From Parcubacteria bacterium C7867-001 (GTDB lineage Bacteria; Patescibacteriota; Minisyncoccia; Phycocordibacterales; Phycocordibacteraceae): a stretch of DNA of 64,000 bases. The notes under the pieces were generated by a model, which saw only the letters and a program-made list of their open reading frames with translations, was not told the origin of the DNA and did not search any database. Each line of letters begins with the position of its first letter. Positions within the stretch are counted from its first letter, which is position 1. Below are positions 31,426 through 40,266 of this stretch, one piece after another. The stretch lies in assembly GCA_001189095.1 (NCBI GenBank), contig LFCK01000001.1, positions 20,133 to 84,132 of the forward strand, read 5' to 3'. The translations under genes and the position numbers were made by a program.

Positions 31426-31572
31426 CTATTTCTCGTTCGTGATGCGCTCGTAGCAGGCTTTGCAGAGGTGCATTTTTTTCGCCATGCCGTTTTCGTCTGG
31501 AGGAGAGAACAGGAGCCCGCCGAAGTCGGTGAGTTCGGTCTTACAAAAATCGCAGTGGGGAGCAATAGCCAT
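31426..31572 (-). CDS. 48-aa zinc-finger-like protein coupled to thrS (not in the ORF track)
   Basis: MAIAPHCDFCKTELTDFGGLLFSPPDENGMAKKMHLCKACYERITNEK; two CxxC; TAATG overlap with the thrS stop. Confidence 0.75.
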   Translation of the reverse strand: MAIAPHCDFCKTELTDFGGLLFSPPDENGMAKKMHLCKACYERITNEK

Positions 31573-32816
31573 TAGCGTACGCGCTTCTTGATTTCGTCCT
31601 CTGTGCGAGCAGTAAAGTCGCCGACGCTCATCGCGTCGAGCTTGCCATGGTCGCGACTGTCGACTGATACGGTGCTGTCCTCGATTTCCTTATCGCCGAC
31701 CACGAGGAGATACGGAATCTTCTCAGTCTTAGCGTTCCTGATTTTCTTGCCAAGCGTCTCGTTCGACTCATCGAGCTCAACACGGAGCCCTGCTTCCTTG
31801 AGGGAGGCAAGTACTTGGTAGGCGTACTCGCTATGCTTTTCCGAGACGGGAAGAATGCGTGCGTGAACGGGAGAGAGCCAGAGTGGGAATGCGCCTGCAT
31901 ATTTCTCGATGAGGAAGGCAATGATGCGTTCGATAGAACCTATAGAGGATCGATGAACCACGAAGCATCCGTGCTCCTTGCCGTCTTCTCCCATGTAAAC
32001 GAGATCGAATTTCTTCGGAGAGGAAAGATCGTATTGCACGGTGAAAGCGGTGTCCTCCTTACCATTCACATTCTTCATCTGGATGTCTATCTTCGGTCCG
32101 TAGAACGCAGCTTCGCCAGCCGCTTCCACGAAGTCGACACCTCGTTTTTGCATGCACTCGCGCAGAAGCGCTTCCGCTTTTTCCCAGCCAGCATCGTCCT
32201 TGTAGTATTTTTCAGTGTCCGCACGGTCGCCGAGCGAGAGGCGGTAGGTGTAGTCCTTGCCCATCTCGAGTCCGAGCACGCCGTTCGCGTACTCGATAAG
32301 GTCGAGCGCTTTTGCGACTTCCTCGACTGCCTGCTCTTCAGACGAGCAGATGACATGCGCATCGGAAAGGCAGAATGAGCGCACGCGCTGAAGGCCCATG
32401 AGTTCGCCTGACTGCTCATAGCGGTAGAGTTTCGCGATTTCTGCGTATCGAACAGGGAACTCGCGGTAGCTATGAGGAGCGCGGAGGAAAAGTTCGAAGT
32501 GATGCGGGCAGGTCATCGGGCGAAGCATGAATTTCTCGTCCTCATCCTCGATAGGAGCGTACATCCCGTCTTTGTAGTGCGGATAGTGGCCGGATTTTTC
32601 GTAGAGCTCGAGCTTCGCCATGTCAGGCGTATACACGTGCTCGTAGCCACGCTTTATTTCTTCATCAACGATGAATCGTTCGAGTTCGCGACGTATCGTA
32701 GCGCCTTTAGGAGTCCAGAGCGGAAGGCCTTTGCCGACCGTCGGAGAAAAAGTGAAAAGATCGAGCTCTCGTCCTAGTCGCTTATGGTCGTTTTCTTTTT
32801 CTTGCGAGGGTTCCAT
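31572..32816 (-). CDS. thrS: Threonine--tRNA ligase lacking the N-terminal TGS/editing domains
   Basis: Starts at DHKRLGRELDLF; LRPMTCPHH, YRYEQSGEL.GL.RVR, FYGPKID, HRS..GS.ER, anticodon-binding domain. Confidence 0.93.
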   Translation of the reverse strand: MEPSQEKENDHKRLGRELDLFTFSPTVGKGLPLWTPKGATIRRELERFIVDEEIKRGYEHVYTPDMAKLELYEKSGHYPHYKDGMYAPIEDEDEKFMLRPMTCPHHFELFLRAPHSYREFPVRYAEIAKLYRYEQSGELMGLQRVRSFCLSDAHVICSSEEQAVEEVAKALDLIEYANGVLGLEMGKDYTYRLSLGDRADTEKYYKDDAGWEKAEALLRECMQKRGVDFVEAAGEAAFYGPKIDIQMKNVNGKEDTAFTVQYDLSSPKKFDLVYMGEDGKEHGCFVVHRSSIGSIERIIAFLIEKYAGAFPLWLSPVHARILPVSEKHSEYAYQVLASLKEAGLRVELDESNETLGKKIRNAKTEKIPYLLVVGDKEIEDSTVSVDSRDHGKLDAMSVGDFTARTEDEIKKRVR

Positions 32817-32875
32817 ATAGGGAGGAATATAGCATAAAAAGGGAAGCGGCGGCCCAGAGGGCCGCCGCGCGGAGG

Positions 32876-33025
32876 TTAGATACGCTTCGTATCGATGTGC
32901 CGATATTTGTCGGCAACCGCATCCGAAAGTCGCTCGAGCTCCTTTTGTGACATTCCTGCACAAGGGAGCAGACCTCGCAGCACTGCTACGTGCTGTTTTT
33001 TCTCATCCGGAGTCAATACGGTCAT
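32876..33025 (-). CDS. 49-aa orphan ORF between dnaE and thrS
   Basis: SD AAGGAG; MTVLTPDEKKQHVAVLRGLLPCAGMSQKELERLSDAVADKYRHIDTKRI; followed by hairpin 32846-32868. Confidence 0.45.
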   Translation of the reverse strand: MTVLTPDEKKQHVAVLRGLLPCAGMSQKELERLSDAVADKYRHIDTKRI

Positions 33026-33057
33026 TGGGCACGTTCTCCTTCCTGAAATATATTATG

Positions 33058-36000
33058 TCACAATGCTTTAAGATTGTCTACCGTGAGACTAGTCTCGCCG
33101 TTGCGGCCCGAAACGTTTCCTTTGATGAGGACGCAGGTGCCGCCTTCGATAAGCCCTGCGTGCTCTTTGAAAAGTTTGGGGAAGATAACCCCTTCGATGG
33201 AAGCGGATTTATCCTCGAACTTTACGAATGCCATTTTGTCGCCGCCTTTGGTAATGATGCTGCGCACTTCGGAAATCAGTACCGGCATGATGACCGGCAT
33301 TCCAGCCTTCGGTTCTTCGAGAATTTGCGCTATGGAAATCTTCGATTTCGCGGTCATCTCGGGATACGCGTCGAGCGGGTGCCCCGACACATAAATGCCG
33401 AGCAGTTCTTTTTCCCACGAAAGTTTGTCGAGGAGCGAGACGGGCTGCTCGCTTGCTGGAAGATTGAGTGTTGGTGCTGCAAGTGCGCCGAAGAGGGAGT
33501 CTTGCGGCTTTTCGTTCGTCGCATCGCGATGGAAGCTGAGCAAGGTCTCAATGTGCGCGAGCAAATTTCCACGACTGCCGAAGCGGTCGAGCGCGCCGCA
33601 CTTGATAAGTGATTCGAGTGATTTGCGGTTGAGATTCTTTGAGCCAATGCGGCAGAGGAAGTCCGAGATGGAGGAAAACGGACCATTCTTTGTTCGCTCC
33701 TCGATGATCGCTTGCGCGATTCCTTCGCCGAAGTTCTTGATCGTCGTGAGGCCGAAACGAATCGTGTCTTTATTCTCGCCGGCAACTGCAAAGTCCGCGC
33801 CGCTTTCATTCACGTCCGGCGGAAGTACGGGAATCTTCATGCGCTCGCATTCAGCAACGAAGGTGGCGATTGATTCCGTGTCGCCCGCATCAGCCGTGAG
33901 GACTGCCGTCATGTATTCGACGGGGTAGTTCGCTTTCATGTATGCCGTTTGGTACGCCACTTTTCCGTAGCTTGCTGCATGTGCCTTGTTGAAGCCGTAC
34001 GCCGCGAATGGCTCGATGAGTTTCCAAATAGCTTCTGCTCTCGAAGCGTCGAGTTTGCTATATCCCTTGAAGCCCTGCACGAGCTTTTCTTTCTGCGCCT
34101 CCATTTCTTCGGGGATCTTCTTTCCCATGGCTTTACGGAGCGCATCCGCTTCGAGCCATGAATAGCCAGCGAGCTTCACTGCCGTGAGCAGCACGTCGTC
34201 CTGATACACAATGAGTCCGTAGGAGGTATCAAGATATTCCTTCATCCGCTCGTCGAGGTAGCGCACGAGTCGCGGATTCTTCTTTCGTTCAATGTACTGC
34301 GGAATCATTTCCATCGGTCCCGGACGGTAGAGCGCCACCATGGCGTTGATGTCATGAATCGTGGTCGGCTGGAGTTCTTTGAGGTAGCGGGTCATGCCGG
34401 AACCGTTCAGCTGGAAGAGTCCTTCGGTTTCGCCGCGCGCGAGCATGGCGAAGGTCTTGTCGTCATCAAGGGGAATGCTTTCGATATCAATATGAATGCC
34501 GCGGATTTTCTCTACTTGCGCGACCGCGTCAGCAAGAATGGCGAGGTTTTTAATGCCGAGGAAGTCGAATTTAAGAAGACCGACGCCGCCGTATTCGTCC
34601 GTAATGGAGTACATGTCGTACTGCGTGATGAGGTCCCCCGAACCTTTCGGGTCGAGCTGGAGCGGTGACCATTCGGCAAGCGGGGTCGGTGCAATGACGA
34701 CGCCGGCGGCGTGCACACCCACGTGTCGCACGCAGCCCTCGATTCTTTTTGCGAGATCGATGATCTCGCGCACGTCCTCGTCTTCGTCATAGATAGTGCG
34801 CAAGTCTTCCGTTTCTTCCATCGCGCGCTTGATGGTCATCGGGAAGCCTTGGCTTCCAACTGGAATGAGTTTTGCGATTCGGTCGCCAGTGCCGTAGGAG
34901 TGGCCGAGTGCGCGCGCGACATCGCGCACGGCAGCGCGCGCGAGCATTGTTCCGAAGGTGCCAATTTGCGCCACGTGATCCTCGCCGTATTTTTGTTTGG
35001 CATACGCAATCACTTCGCCGCGGCGATTATCAGCGAAGTCCATGTCGATGTCCGGCGCTTTCGGGCGCTCAGGGTTGAGAAAGCGTTCGAAGGGAAGTTT
35101 GTAGAACAGCGGGTCGACGTTCGTGATGCCGACGAGGTAGGAAGTGAGCGAGCCGCCTGCCGAGCCGCGCGTCGTGGTGAGAATACCGTTCGTCTTTGCA
35201 AAGGTGAGAAGATCCGACACGACGAGGAAGTACGTTGCGAATCCCTTGCTCTTGATGACGGATAGTTCGTACTCAAGGCGATCCTCGACTTCTTTGGTGC
35301 GCTCGAGTCCGCGCATCGTGATTCCTTTATAGGCTCGTTCGCGAAGCATATCGTCATGTGTTTTGCCTTCGTCGGCAGGAACGGAAGGGAAGGTCCAGTT
35401 TCCGAGCGAGAATTCAATTTGGCAGCGGTCCGCGATGTTCCCGCTTTCCTCGATGGCTTCGGGAATATCCTTGAACCATTCGAACATCGTCGATTCATCG
35501 ACGAAGGAGAAATCTTCCTCCTCGTTACGTCCTGCCTCGCCTTGCTGGATGCGGCGCATGACGCCGGTCGCTTCGCGGTCGTCAGGCGCTATGTAGTAGA
35601 CGTCGTGCTGGGCGACGAGCGGGACTCCCGCTTTCTTTCCAAGCGCGATTACTTTCCGAGTCTTTTCTTCGTGCCCCGAAACTTTCGGGTGATGCGAAAT
35701 TTCTAAGTACACGTTTCCTTTGCCGAAAATGCTTACGTATTCCTCAAGCACGGCCGCGGCACCGTTTTCGTCTCCGGCGGCAAGCATGAGCGGAACATCG
35801 CCCGCAAACGAAGGAATGAGCGCAATGAGACCCTCGTGATGTTTGCGGAGGAGTTCTTTATCCATGCGCGGACGATCGAAGAGTCCGTCGGTATAGGAAG
35901 CGGTCACGAGCGCGAGCAGATTTTTATAGCCCGCCATATTTTCCACGAGCAGGACGAGGCGCGAACGTTTTTCATCGCGCTCCTTTATAAGGCGCGAGGT

Positions 36001-36219
36001 AGGCGCGAGGTATGCGTCGACCCCGAGTATGGGCTTAATGCCCGCTTTCGTTGCGGCTTTATAGAACTCAATTGTCCCGTGCATGTTGCCCTCGTCGGTA
36101 AGGGCGAGCGCGCTCATTCCGCGGTCTTTCGCGGCGTCCACAAGCTCATCTATCTTCGGAAGCGCCTTGAGGAAGGAGTAGTGGCTGTGAGTATGGAGAT
36201 GGACGAAGCGGCCTGCCAT
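33058..36219 (-). CDS. dnaE: DNA polymerase III alpha subunit
   Basis: PHP HLHTHSHYS, RGSAGGS, FERFLNPER, PDIDMDF, HAAGVVI, YGFNKAHA, OB fold. Confidence 0.97.
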   Translation of the reverse strand: MAGRFVHLHTHSHYSFLKALPKIDELVDAAKDRGMSALALTDEGNMHGTIEFYKAATKAGIKPILGVDAYLAPTSRLIKERDEKRSRLVLLVENMAGYKNLLALVTASYTDGLFDRPRMDKELLRKHHEGLIALIPSFAGDVPLMLAAGDENGAAAVLEEYVSIFGKGNVYLEISHHPKVSGHEEKTRKVIALGKKAGVPLVAQHDVYYIAPDDREATGVMRRIQQGEAGRNEEEDFSFVDESTMFEWFKDIPEAIEESGNIADRCQIEFSLGNWTFPSVPADEGKTHDDMLRERAYKGITMRGLERTKEVEDRLEYELSVIKSKGFATYFLVVSDLLTFAKTNGILTTTRGSAGGSLTSYLVGITNVDPLFYKLPFERFLNPERPKAPDIDMDFADNRRGEVIAYAKQKYGEDHVAQIGTFGTMLARAAVRDVARALGHSYGTGDRIAKLIPVGSQGFPMTIKRAMEETEDLRTIYDEDEDVREIIDLAKRIEGCVRHVGVHAAGVVIAPTPLAEWSPLQLDPKGSGDLITQYDMYSITDEYGGVGLLKFDFLGIKNLAILADAVAQVEKIRGIHIDIESIPLDDDKTFAMLARGETEGLFQLNGSGMTRYLKELQPTTIHDINAMVALYRPGPMEMIPQYIERKKNPRLVRYLDERMKEYLDTSYGLIVYQDDVLLTAVKLAGYSWLEADALRKAMGKKIPEEMEAQKEKLVQGFKGYSKLDASRAEAIWKLIEPFAAYGFNKAHAASYGKVAYQTAYMKANYPVEYMTAVLTADAGDTESIATFVAECERMKIPVLPPDVNESGADFAVAGENKDTIRFGLTTIKNFGEGIAQAIIEERTKNGPFSSISDFLCRIGSKNLNRKSLESLIKCGALDRFGSRGNLLAHIETLLSFHRDATNEKPQDSLFGALAAPTLNLPASEQPVSLLDKLSWEKELLGIYVSGHPLDAYPEMTAKSKISIAQILEEPKAGMPVIMPVLISEVRSIITKGGDKMAFVKFEDKSASIEGVIFPKLFKEHAGLIEGGTCVLIKGNVSGRNGETSLTVDNLKAL

Positions 36220-36227
36220 ATATCCCT

Positions 36228-36235
36228 AGTATACT
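36228..36235. promoter_or_regulatory. Palindromic -10 element (AGTATACT) between divergent dnaE and rnhB
   Basis: TATACT on both strands, 6 nt before the rnhB ATG and 8 nt before the dnaE ATG. Confidence 0.65.
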
Positions 36236-36241
36236 TTCCGT

Positions 36242-36832
36242 ATGAAATTCGTGCTCGGAGTCGATGAGGCGGGTCGCGGGCCCTTAGCGGGGCCGGTCGC
36301 GGTCGGCATCGTGTGTGTCGAAGAAGGCTTCGATATTGCAGCTGCGTTTCCGGGACTGAATGATTCTAAAAAGCTTTCAGAGAAAAAACGAGAAGCGCTT
36401 TTTGAGCTTCTGCTCGAACGAGAAAAAGCAGGGGACGTGCGATTCGTGGTGAAGTCAGTCGATGCAGCAACCATTGATAATGCAGGAATCGCCGTATGCG
36501 TGCGTCGATCGGTGCATGAGGGAATCCGTACACTTATGCCAGAACCAACCTCAGGAAAAGTATTTCTCGATGGCGCGCTTTCGGCGCCGGAGGGCTACGA
36601 GCATGAAGTTGTTATTGGTGGCGACGCGCTCATTCCTGCCATCATGCTCGCGTCGATTGCGGCGAAAGTCGCTCGTGATCGCCTCATGATAAAACTCGCG
36701 GAAGAATATCCGGTGTATGGCTTCGAAAAACATAAGGGCTACGGCACGAAGGTGCATTATGCGGCGCTCAAGGAGCACGGACTTTCGCCTATCCACCGTC
36801 GCTCCTTTATCCATCTTGACCGAGCTCGCTAA
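36242..36832 (+). CDS. rnhB: Ribonuclease HII
   Basis: GVDEAGRGPLAGP, DSKKL, ASIAAKV.RD, KGYGT, HRRSF. Confidence 0.96.
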   Translation: MKFVLGVDEAGRGPLAGPVAVGIVCVEEGFDIAAAFPGLNDSKKLSEKKREALFELLLEREKAGDVRFVVKSVDAATIDNAGIAVCVRRSVHEGIRTLMPEPTSGKVFLDGALSAPEGYEHEVVIGGDALIPAIMLASIAAKVARDRLMIKLAEEYPVYGFEKHKGYGTKVHYAALKEHGLSPIHRRSFIHLDRAR

Positions 36833-36873
36833 CGGCGGTACACCTAAGGCTTCGTGTTCTTTGGGAGGAATAC

Positions 36874-37149
36874 ATGGGACGCACGTCGGGAAATCCCCGC
36901 ATCGAAGCTCTCGAAAAAAAGAAGTACGCGGAATTGCCGTGCAGTACCTGCGAGATTTTCTCGCGCGTGCGATACGACGACATGCTCGAAGTCACTCTGG
37001 TTTTCTGCGCGATTAACGCAGGATGCGAAGACAAGCGAGTGCCGTCAGAAGTCCTCTACCGCGAGGCGAAAGCATGTCCGGGGTCGGAGCTGCGAATGCT
37101 CTGGCTCAACGCTCCCTCGCACTACGCGAAAACAAAGCCCGATCCTTAA
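36874..37149 (+). CDS. Small Cys-containing orphan protein
   Basis: SD GGAGGA; ends inside terminator 37134-37164. Confidence 0.45.
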   Translation: MGRTSGNPRIEALEKKKYAELPCSTCEIFSRVRYDDMLEVTLVFCAINAGCEDKRVPSEVLYREAKACPGSELRMLWLNAPSHYAKTKPDP

Positions 37150-37208
37150 AGGATCGGGCTTTTTCATGCTCTTGGACACAATTTCATGCTTGTGGTAAGG
37201 TACCCCTC

Positions 37209-37544
37209 ATGTCAGTACGAATGCGCCACACTAGTTCGCATACCAAGAACCGCCGAAGCCACCATGCTTTGAAGAATAAGGTTATCGTCGCAGATAAAGA
37301 GAGCGGCAAGCTCCGCCTCCCACATCGCCTCGATGAATCGACCGGTATGTACCGCGGTAAGCTTATCGTCCCAGAGCGCGTCAAAGCCGTGAAGGAAGAT
37401 GCGAAGCATAAGAAAGCGCAGAAGGAAGGTCGCGCTGAAAAGCACGAAGTACACTCGCATGTCGAAGAAGTAGTAAAGCCGGCAAAGACAAAAGCTGCAG
37501 GAAAGAGCGAAGCGAAAGCGCGCGCAGGTAAGGGCGACAAGTAA
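37209..37544 (+). CDS. rpmF: 50S ribosomal protein L32, Cys-free, with Lys-rich C-terminal extension
   Basis: RRSHHAL...PHR....GMYRGK. Confidence 0.88.
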   Translation: MSVRMRHTSSHTKNRRSHHALKNKVIVADKESGKLRLPHRLDESTGMYRGKLIVPERVKAVKEDAKHKKAQKEGRAEKHEVHSHVEEVVKPAKTKAAGKSEAKARAGKGDK

Positions 37545-37621
37545 AAAAAGATTTCCACAATTCACAGTAACGGCCGCGGCATAGCCGCGGCCGTTACTGT
37601 TACATGCTAGGCTTAGGGGTA

Positions 37622-38524
37622 GTGGCAAACAGGCACCTTGCACGGTCAGTCGTACTTCAAACCCTCTTCGAGTGGGATACCTCGCACGTTCCGGATGCTG
37701 AAGTTGCAGCGGTTCTCGGACGCAACTGCGAGGAATTCGGCGGAGCCGATACCGACAAGCCGTTCATGGAACAACTCCTTCAGGGCGTCATAGCAAAACG
37801 CACCGATCTCGATCTCGTGATAGCGAAAGCGGCTCCTGATTGGCCGATAGAGAAAATCGCTCCAGTTGACCGCAACATTCTCCGCATTGGGCTCTTTGAG
37901 CTTCTGTTCGCCGATCGCGCGCAGGTTCCTGCGAAAGTCGCTATCAATGAAGCTATCGAGCTCGCAAAAGTATTCGGTGGCGAAAGCTCCGGACGCTTCG
38001 TGAATGGCGTTCTCGGTGCGGTCTATAAGGAAATGGGTGAGCCGGGCAAGGATGAGGTCGGCAAGAAAAAGACGATCCGCCGTGAAGATCTCCCACTTGA
38101 GAAGCTTGGCGGCGCCGTGGTCTACACTTTTCATGACGGTCAGTACTATCTTGCGCTCGTGCATGACGTTTTTGGTCGTTGGACGCTCTCAAAGGGGCAC
38201 ATAGAAAAGGATCCGAGTCCTGAAGAAGGCGTTGTCCGCGTGGTGAAGGAAGAGCTCGGGCTTACCGCAACCGTGCATGAAATGGTCGGAGAAAATGAAT
38301 ACGTCGCTTCGCATCCTGAAAAAGGAAAGGTTCGAAAGCACGTGTACTTCTATCTTGTTTCGACCGATTTCGAACCGCTCGTTCTCAAGAAAAGCGGTGG
38401 GCTTGATGACGCCAAATGGTTCCGCCTCACCGACATCCTCGACCTCAATTTCTACGACGACATGCTCCCAATCGTCACCGCAGCGGTGCAAAAACTACTT
38501 GATAAGTCCTCGACGCGTGCATAG
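37622..38524 (+). CDS. nusB: NusB fused to a NUDIX-fold domain
   Basis: RHLARS.VLQTLFE, VDRNILR, KVAINEAIELAK.FG...FVNGVLG, then GGAVVY...KGHIE...KEELGL. Confidence 0.9.
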   Translation: MANRHLARSVVLQTLFEWDTSHVPDAEVAAVLGRNCEEFGGADTDKPFMEQLLQGVIAKRTDLDLVIAKAAPDWPIEKIAPVDRNILRIGLFELLFADRAQVPAKVAINEAIELAKVFGGESSGRFVNGVLGAVYKEMGEPGKDEVGKKKTIRREDLPLEKLGGAVVYTFHDGQYYLALVHDVFGRWTLSKGHIEKDPSPEEGVVRVVKEELGLTATVHEMVGENEYVASHPEKGKVRKHVYFYLVSTDFEPLVLKKSGGLDDAKWFRLTDILDLNFYDDMLPIVTAAVQKLLDKSSTRA

Positions 38525-38571
38525 TCCGTCTCGCTGGTGTTTCCAGTCGTATTTGATATAAGCTTATTTAT

Positions 38572-39258
38572 ATGCCCGATTTCAAAGCATTCGGCGAGTC
38601 CATCGGAGTCTCCTTCGCTAACCTCGAACTTCTCATCGAGGCGCTTACGCATCGCTCCTATATAAATGAGCACAAGAGCGCGAAGAGCCACAACGAGCGC
38701 CTTGAGTTCCTTGGCGACGCCGTGCTCGAGCTCGCGACGACGCGCTTCCTGTTTGATAAATATCCTGAGAAGCCAGAGGGTGAATTGACTGCGTATCGCG
38801 CGGCGCTCGTAAACACCTTTTCCATCGCTGATGCAGCAGACGCACTCGGCGTTAACGACATGCTCCTTCTTTCAAAAGGTGAAAAGAAAGATACGGGACG
38901 TGCGCGCAAAATCATTCTCGCGAATGCATTCGAAGCAATCGTGGGCGCCATCTATCTCGATCAAGGGTACGAGGCAGCGGAAGCGTTCATCGCGAAGAAT
39001 CTCTACGCAAAGATAGAAGATGTGATCAAGGCGAAGAGTTACCAAGACGCCAAGAGTCGCTTCCAAGAAGCTTCTCAGGACAAGAAGGGCATCACGCCGC
39101 ACTACAAGACCATGGGCGAAGTCGGTCCCGATCACGATAAGCATTTTACGGTTGGCGTCTATCTTGGTGCGGACGAAATTGCGCGTGGCGAAGGGAAGAG
39201 TAAGCAAGAGGCGGAGCAGAGCGCGGCGCAGAACGCGCTTGACAAGACTGGTTGGTAA
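38572..39258 (+). CDS. rnc: Ribonuclease III
   Basis: ALTHRSY, NERLEFLGDAVL, dsRBD. Confidence 0.97.
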   Translation: MPDFKAFGESIGVSFANLELLIEALTHRSYINEHKSAKSHNERLEFLGDAVLELATTRFLFDKYPEKPEGELTAYRAALVNTFSIADAADALGVNDMLLLSKGEKKDTGRARKIILANAFEAIVGAIYLDQGYEAAEAFIAKNLYAKIEDVIKAKSYQDAKSRFQEASQDKKGITPHYKTMGEVGPDHDKHFTVGVYLGADEIARGEGKSKQEAEQSAAQNALDKTGW

Positions 39259-39301
39259 AAGCATTGTGCCCACGTATCTGCGGTGAGGCAGTACGAGGAG
39301 A

Positions 39302-39508
39302 ATGTTCATGAAAAAGAAGAGGTTGGCATTCGCTGCGAGCATTTTGTTCGCATGGTTCTTCGCGGTTCAAACGAACGCCATTTCCACCATCGGTCCGTTC
39401 TGGACCAAGAAGGAATGTGAGGCTGCTGCGGTGAAGCTGGTCAACAAAACTCCCGGAGCTGTTCTTGCGCTTCCGTGCTGGGATGGTCCGCCCAATACTA
39501 TTGGGTAA
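39302..39508 (+). CDS. Small secreted peptide (GPFWTKKEC...C)
   Basis: SD GAGGAG, signal-like N-terminus, two Cys, hairpin downstream. Confidence 0.55.
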   Translation: MFMKKKRLAFAASILFAWFFAVQTNAISTIGPFWTKKECEAAAVKLVNKTPGAVLALPCWDGPPNTIG

Positions 39509-39587
39509 TGGTAAAGCGCGCGCCTTTGGCGCGCGCGTTTTCTTTTTGCGAGTTATATGAGAAGGTGCCGCAAGAAAGGAGGCAGTC

Positions 39588-39764
39588 ATGCCAAAGCTCT
39601 GCAAGCGTTGTGGCGGAGCCGGCTGGCTCTTCCGTGCTCTCGAAAAGCAAACAGAACTCCAGAAATCCCGTCAGTTCGGCAAAAGCCCGTTCGGACAGCG
39701 CCTCACGCGCTGCACCGACTGCGGCGGTTCCGGCATGAAGGGAAAGAAGGAGAAAAAGAAATAA
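39588..39764 (+). CDS. 58-aa DnaJ-type zinc-finger miniprotein (not in the ORF track)
   Basis: SD AAAGGAGG; MPKLCKRCGGAG...RCTDCGGSGMKGKKEKKK, two CxxCxGxG motifs. Confidence 0.72.
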   Translation: MPKLCKRCGGAGWLFRALEKQTELQKSRQFGKSPFGQRLTRCTDCGGSGMKGKKEKKK

Positions 39765-39852
39765 CGCGCGTCCTACAGGGCGCGCGTTCCTTTCGTTGAC
39801 AGATTGGTCGAATGCCGTAGCGTTATGCCTAGAAACAACTTAGGAGGTCATC

Positions 39853-40215
39853 GTGGACCATCTTGTGTTAGGCGTTCGGTCGGTCGGCATGGCTCTCATG
39901 TGGTCGGCGATTACGGCGATGCTGTACTTTCCGAATCATGACGGAATTACCTTTCCACTCGTTATTCTGAGCGGAATCATCTTCGGAGTTGGCGATTTCA
40001 TGCGCACAAATGTGCCGCCGCAAGCGCTCTTTGCAATGCTTGCGACCTGCGCGATTGTGGCCGTCCTCTTCTCATGCGTTCGTTTTCTTCCAGAACCGTA
40101 TCACTCCATCGCGCAATGGATTGCGCTCGGGTATGCGGTCATCGGGTGGATAATCGTGCTGCGTCGAGCTTGGCTCTTTGTCCGGGATAGCCGTGCAACG
40201 GCAACGCCCGTATAA
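39853..40215 (+). CDS. 4-TM orphan membrane protein
   Basis: SD AGGAGG, TTGACA upstream, terminator 40221-40247. Confidence 0.65.
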   Translation: MDHLVLGVRSVGMALMWSAITAMLYFPNHDGITFPLVILSGIIFGVGDFMRTNVPPQALFAMLATCAIVAVLFSCVRFLPEPYHSIAQWIALGYAVIGWIIVLRRAWLFVRDSRATATPV

Positions 40216-40266
40216 AATTGAAACCGCGCCCAAGGGGCGCGGTTTTTGTTTGTTATAATTCCTGCA

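Noticed and set aside
32817-32963. Track extension of thrS as a remnant editing domain or T-box leader
   Set aside because: It does not resemble TGS/N2 and no T-box consensus was seen. A small ORF, a terminator and a -10 box explain the region.
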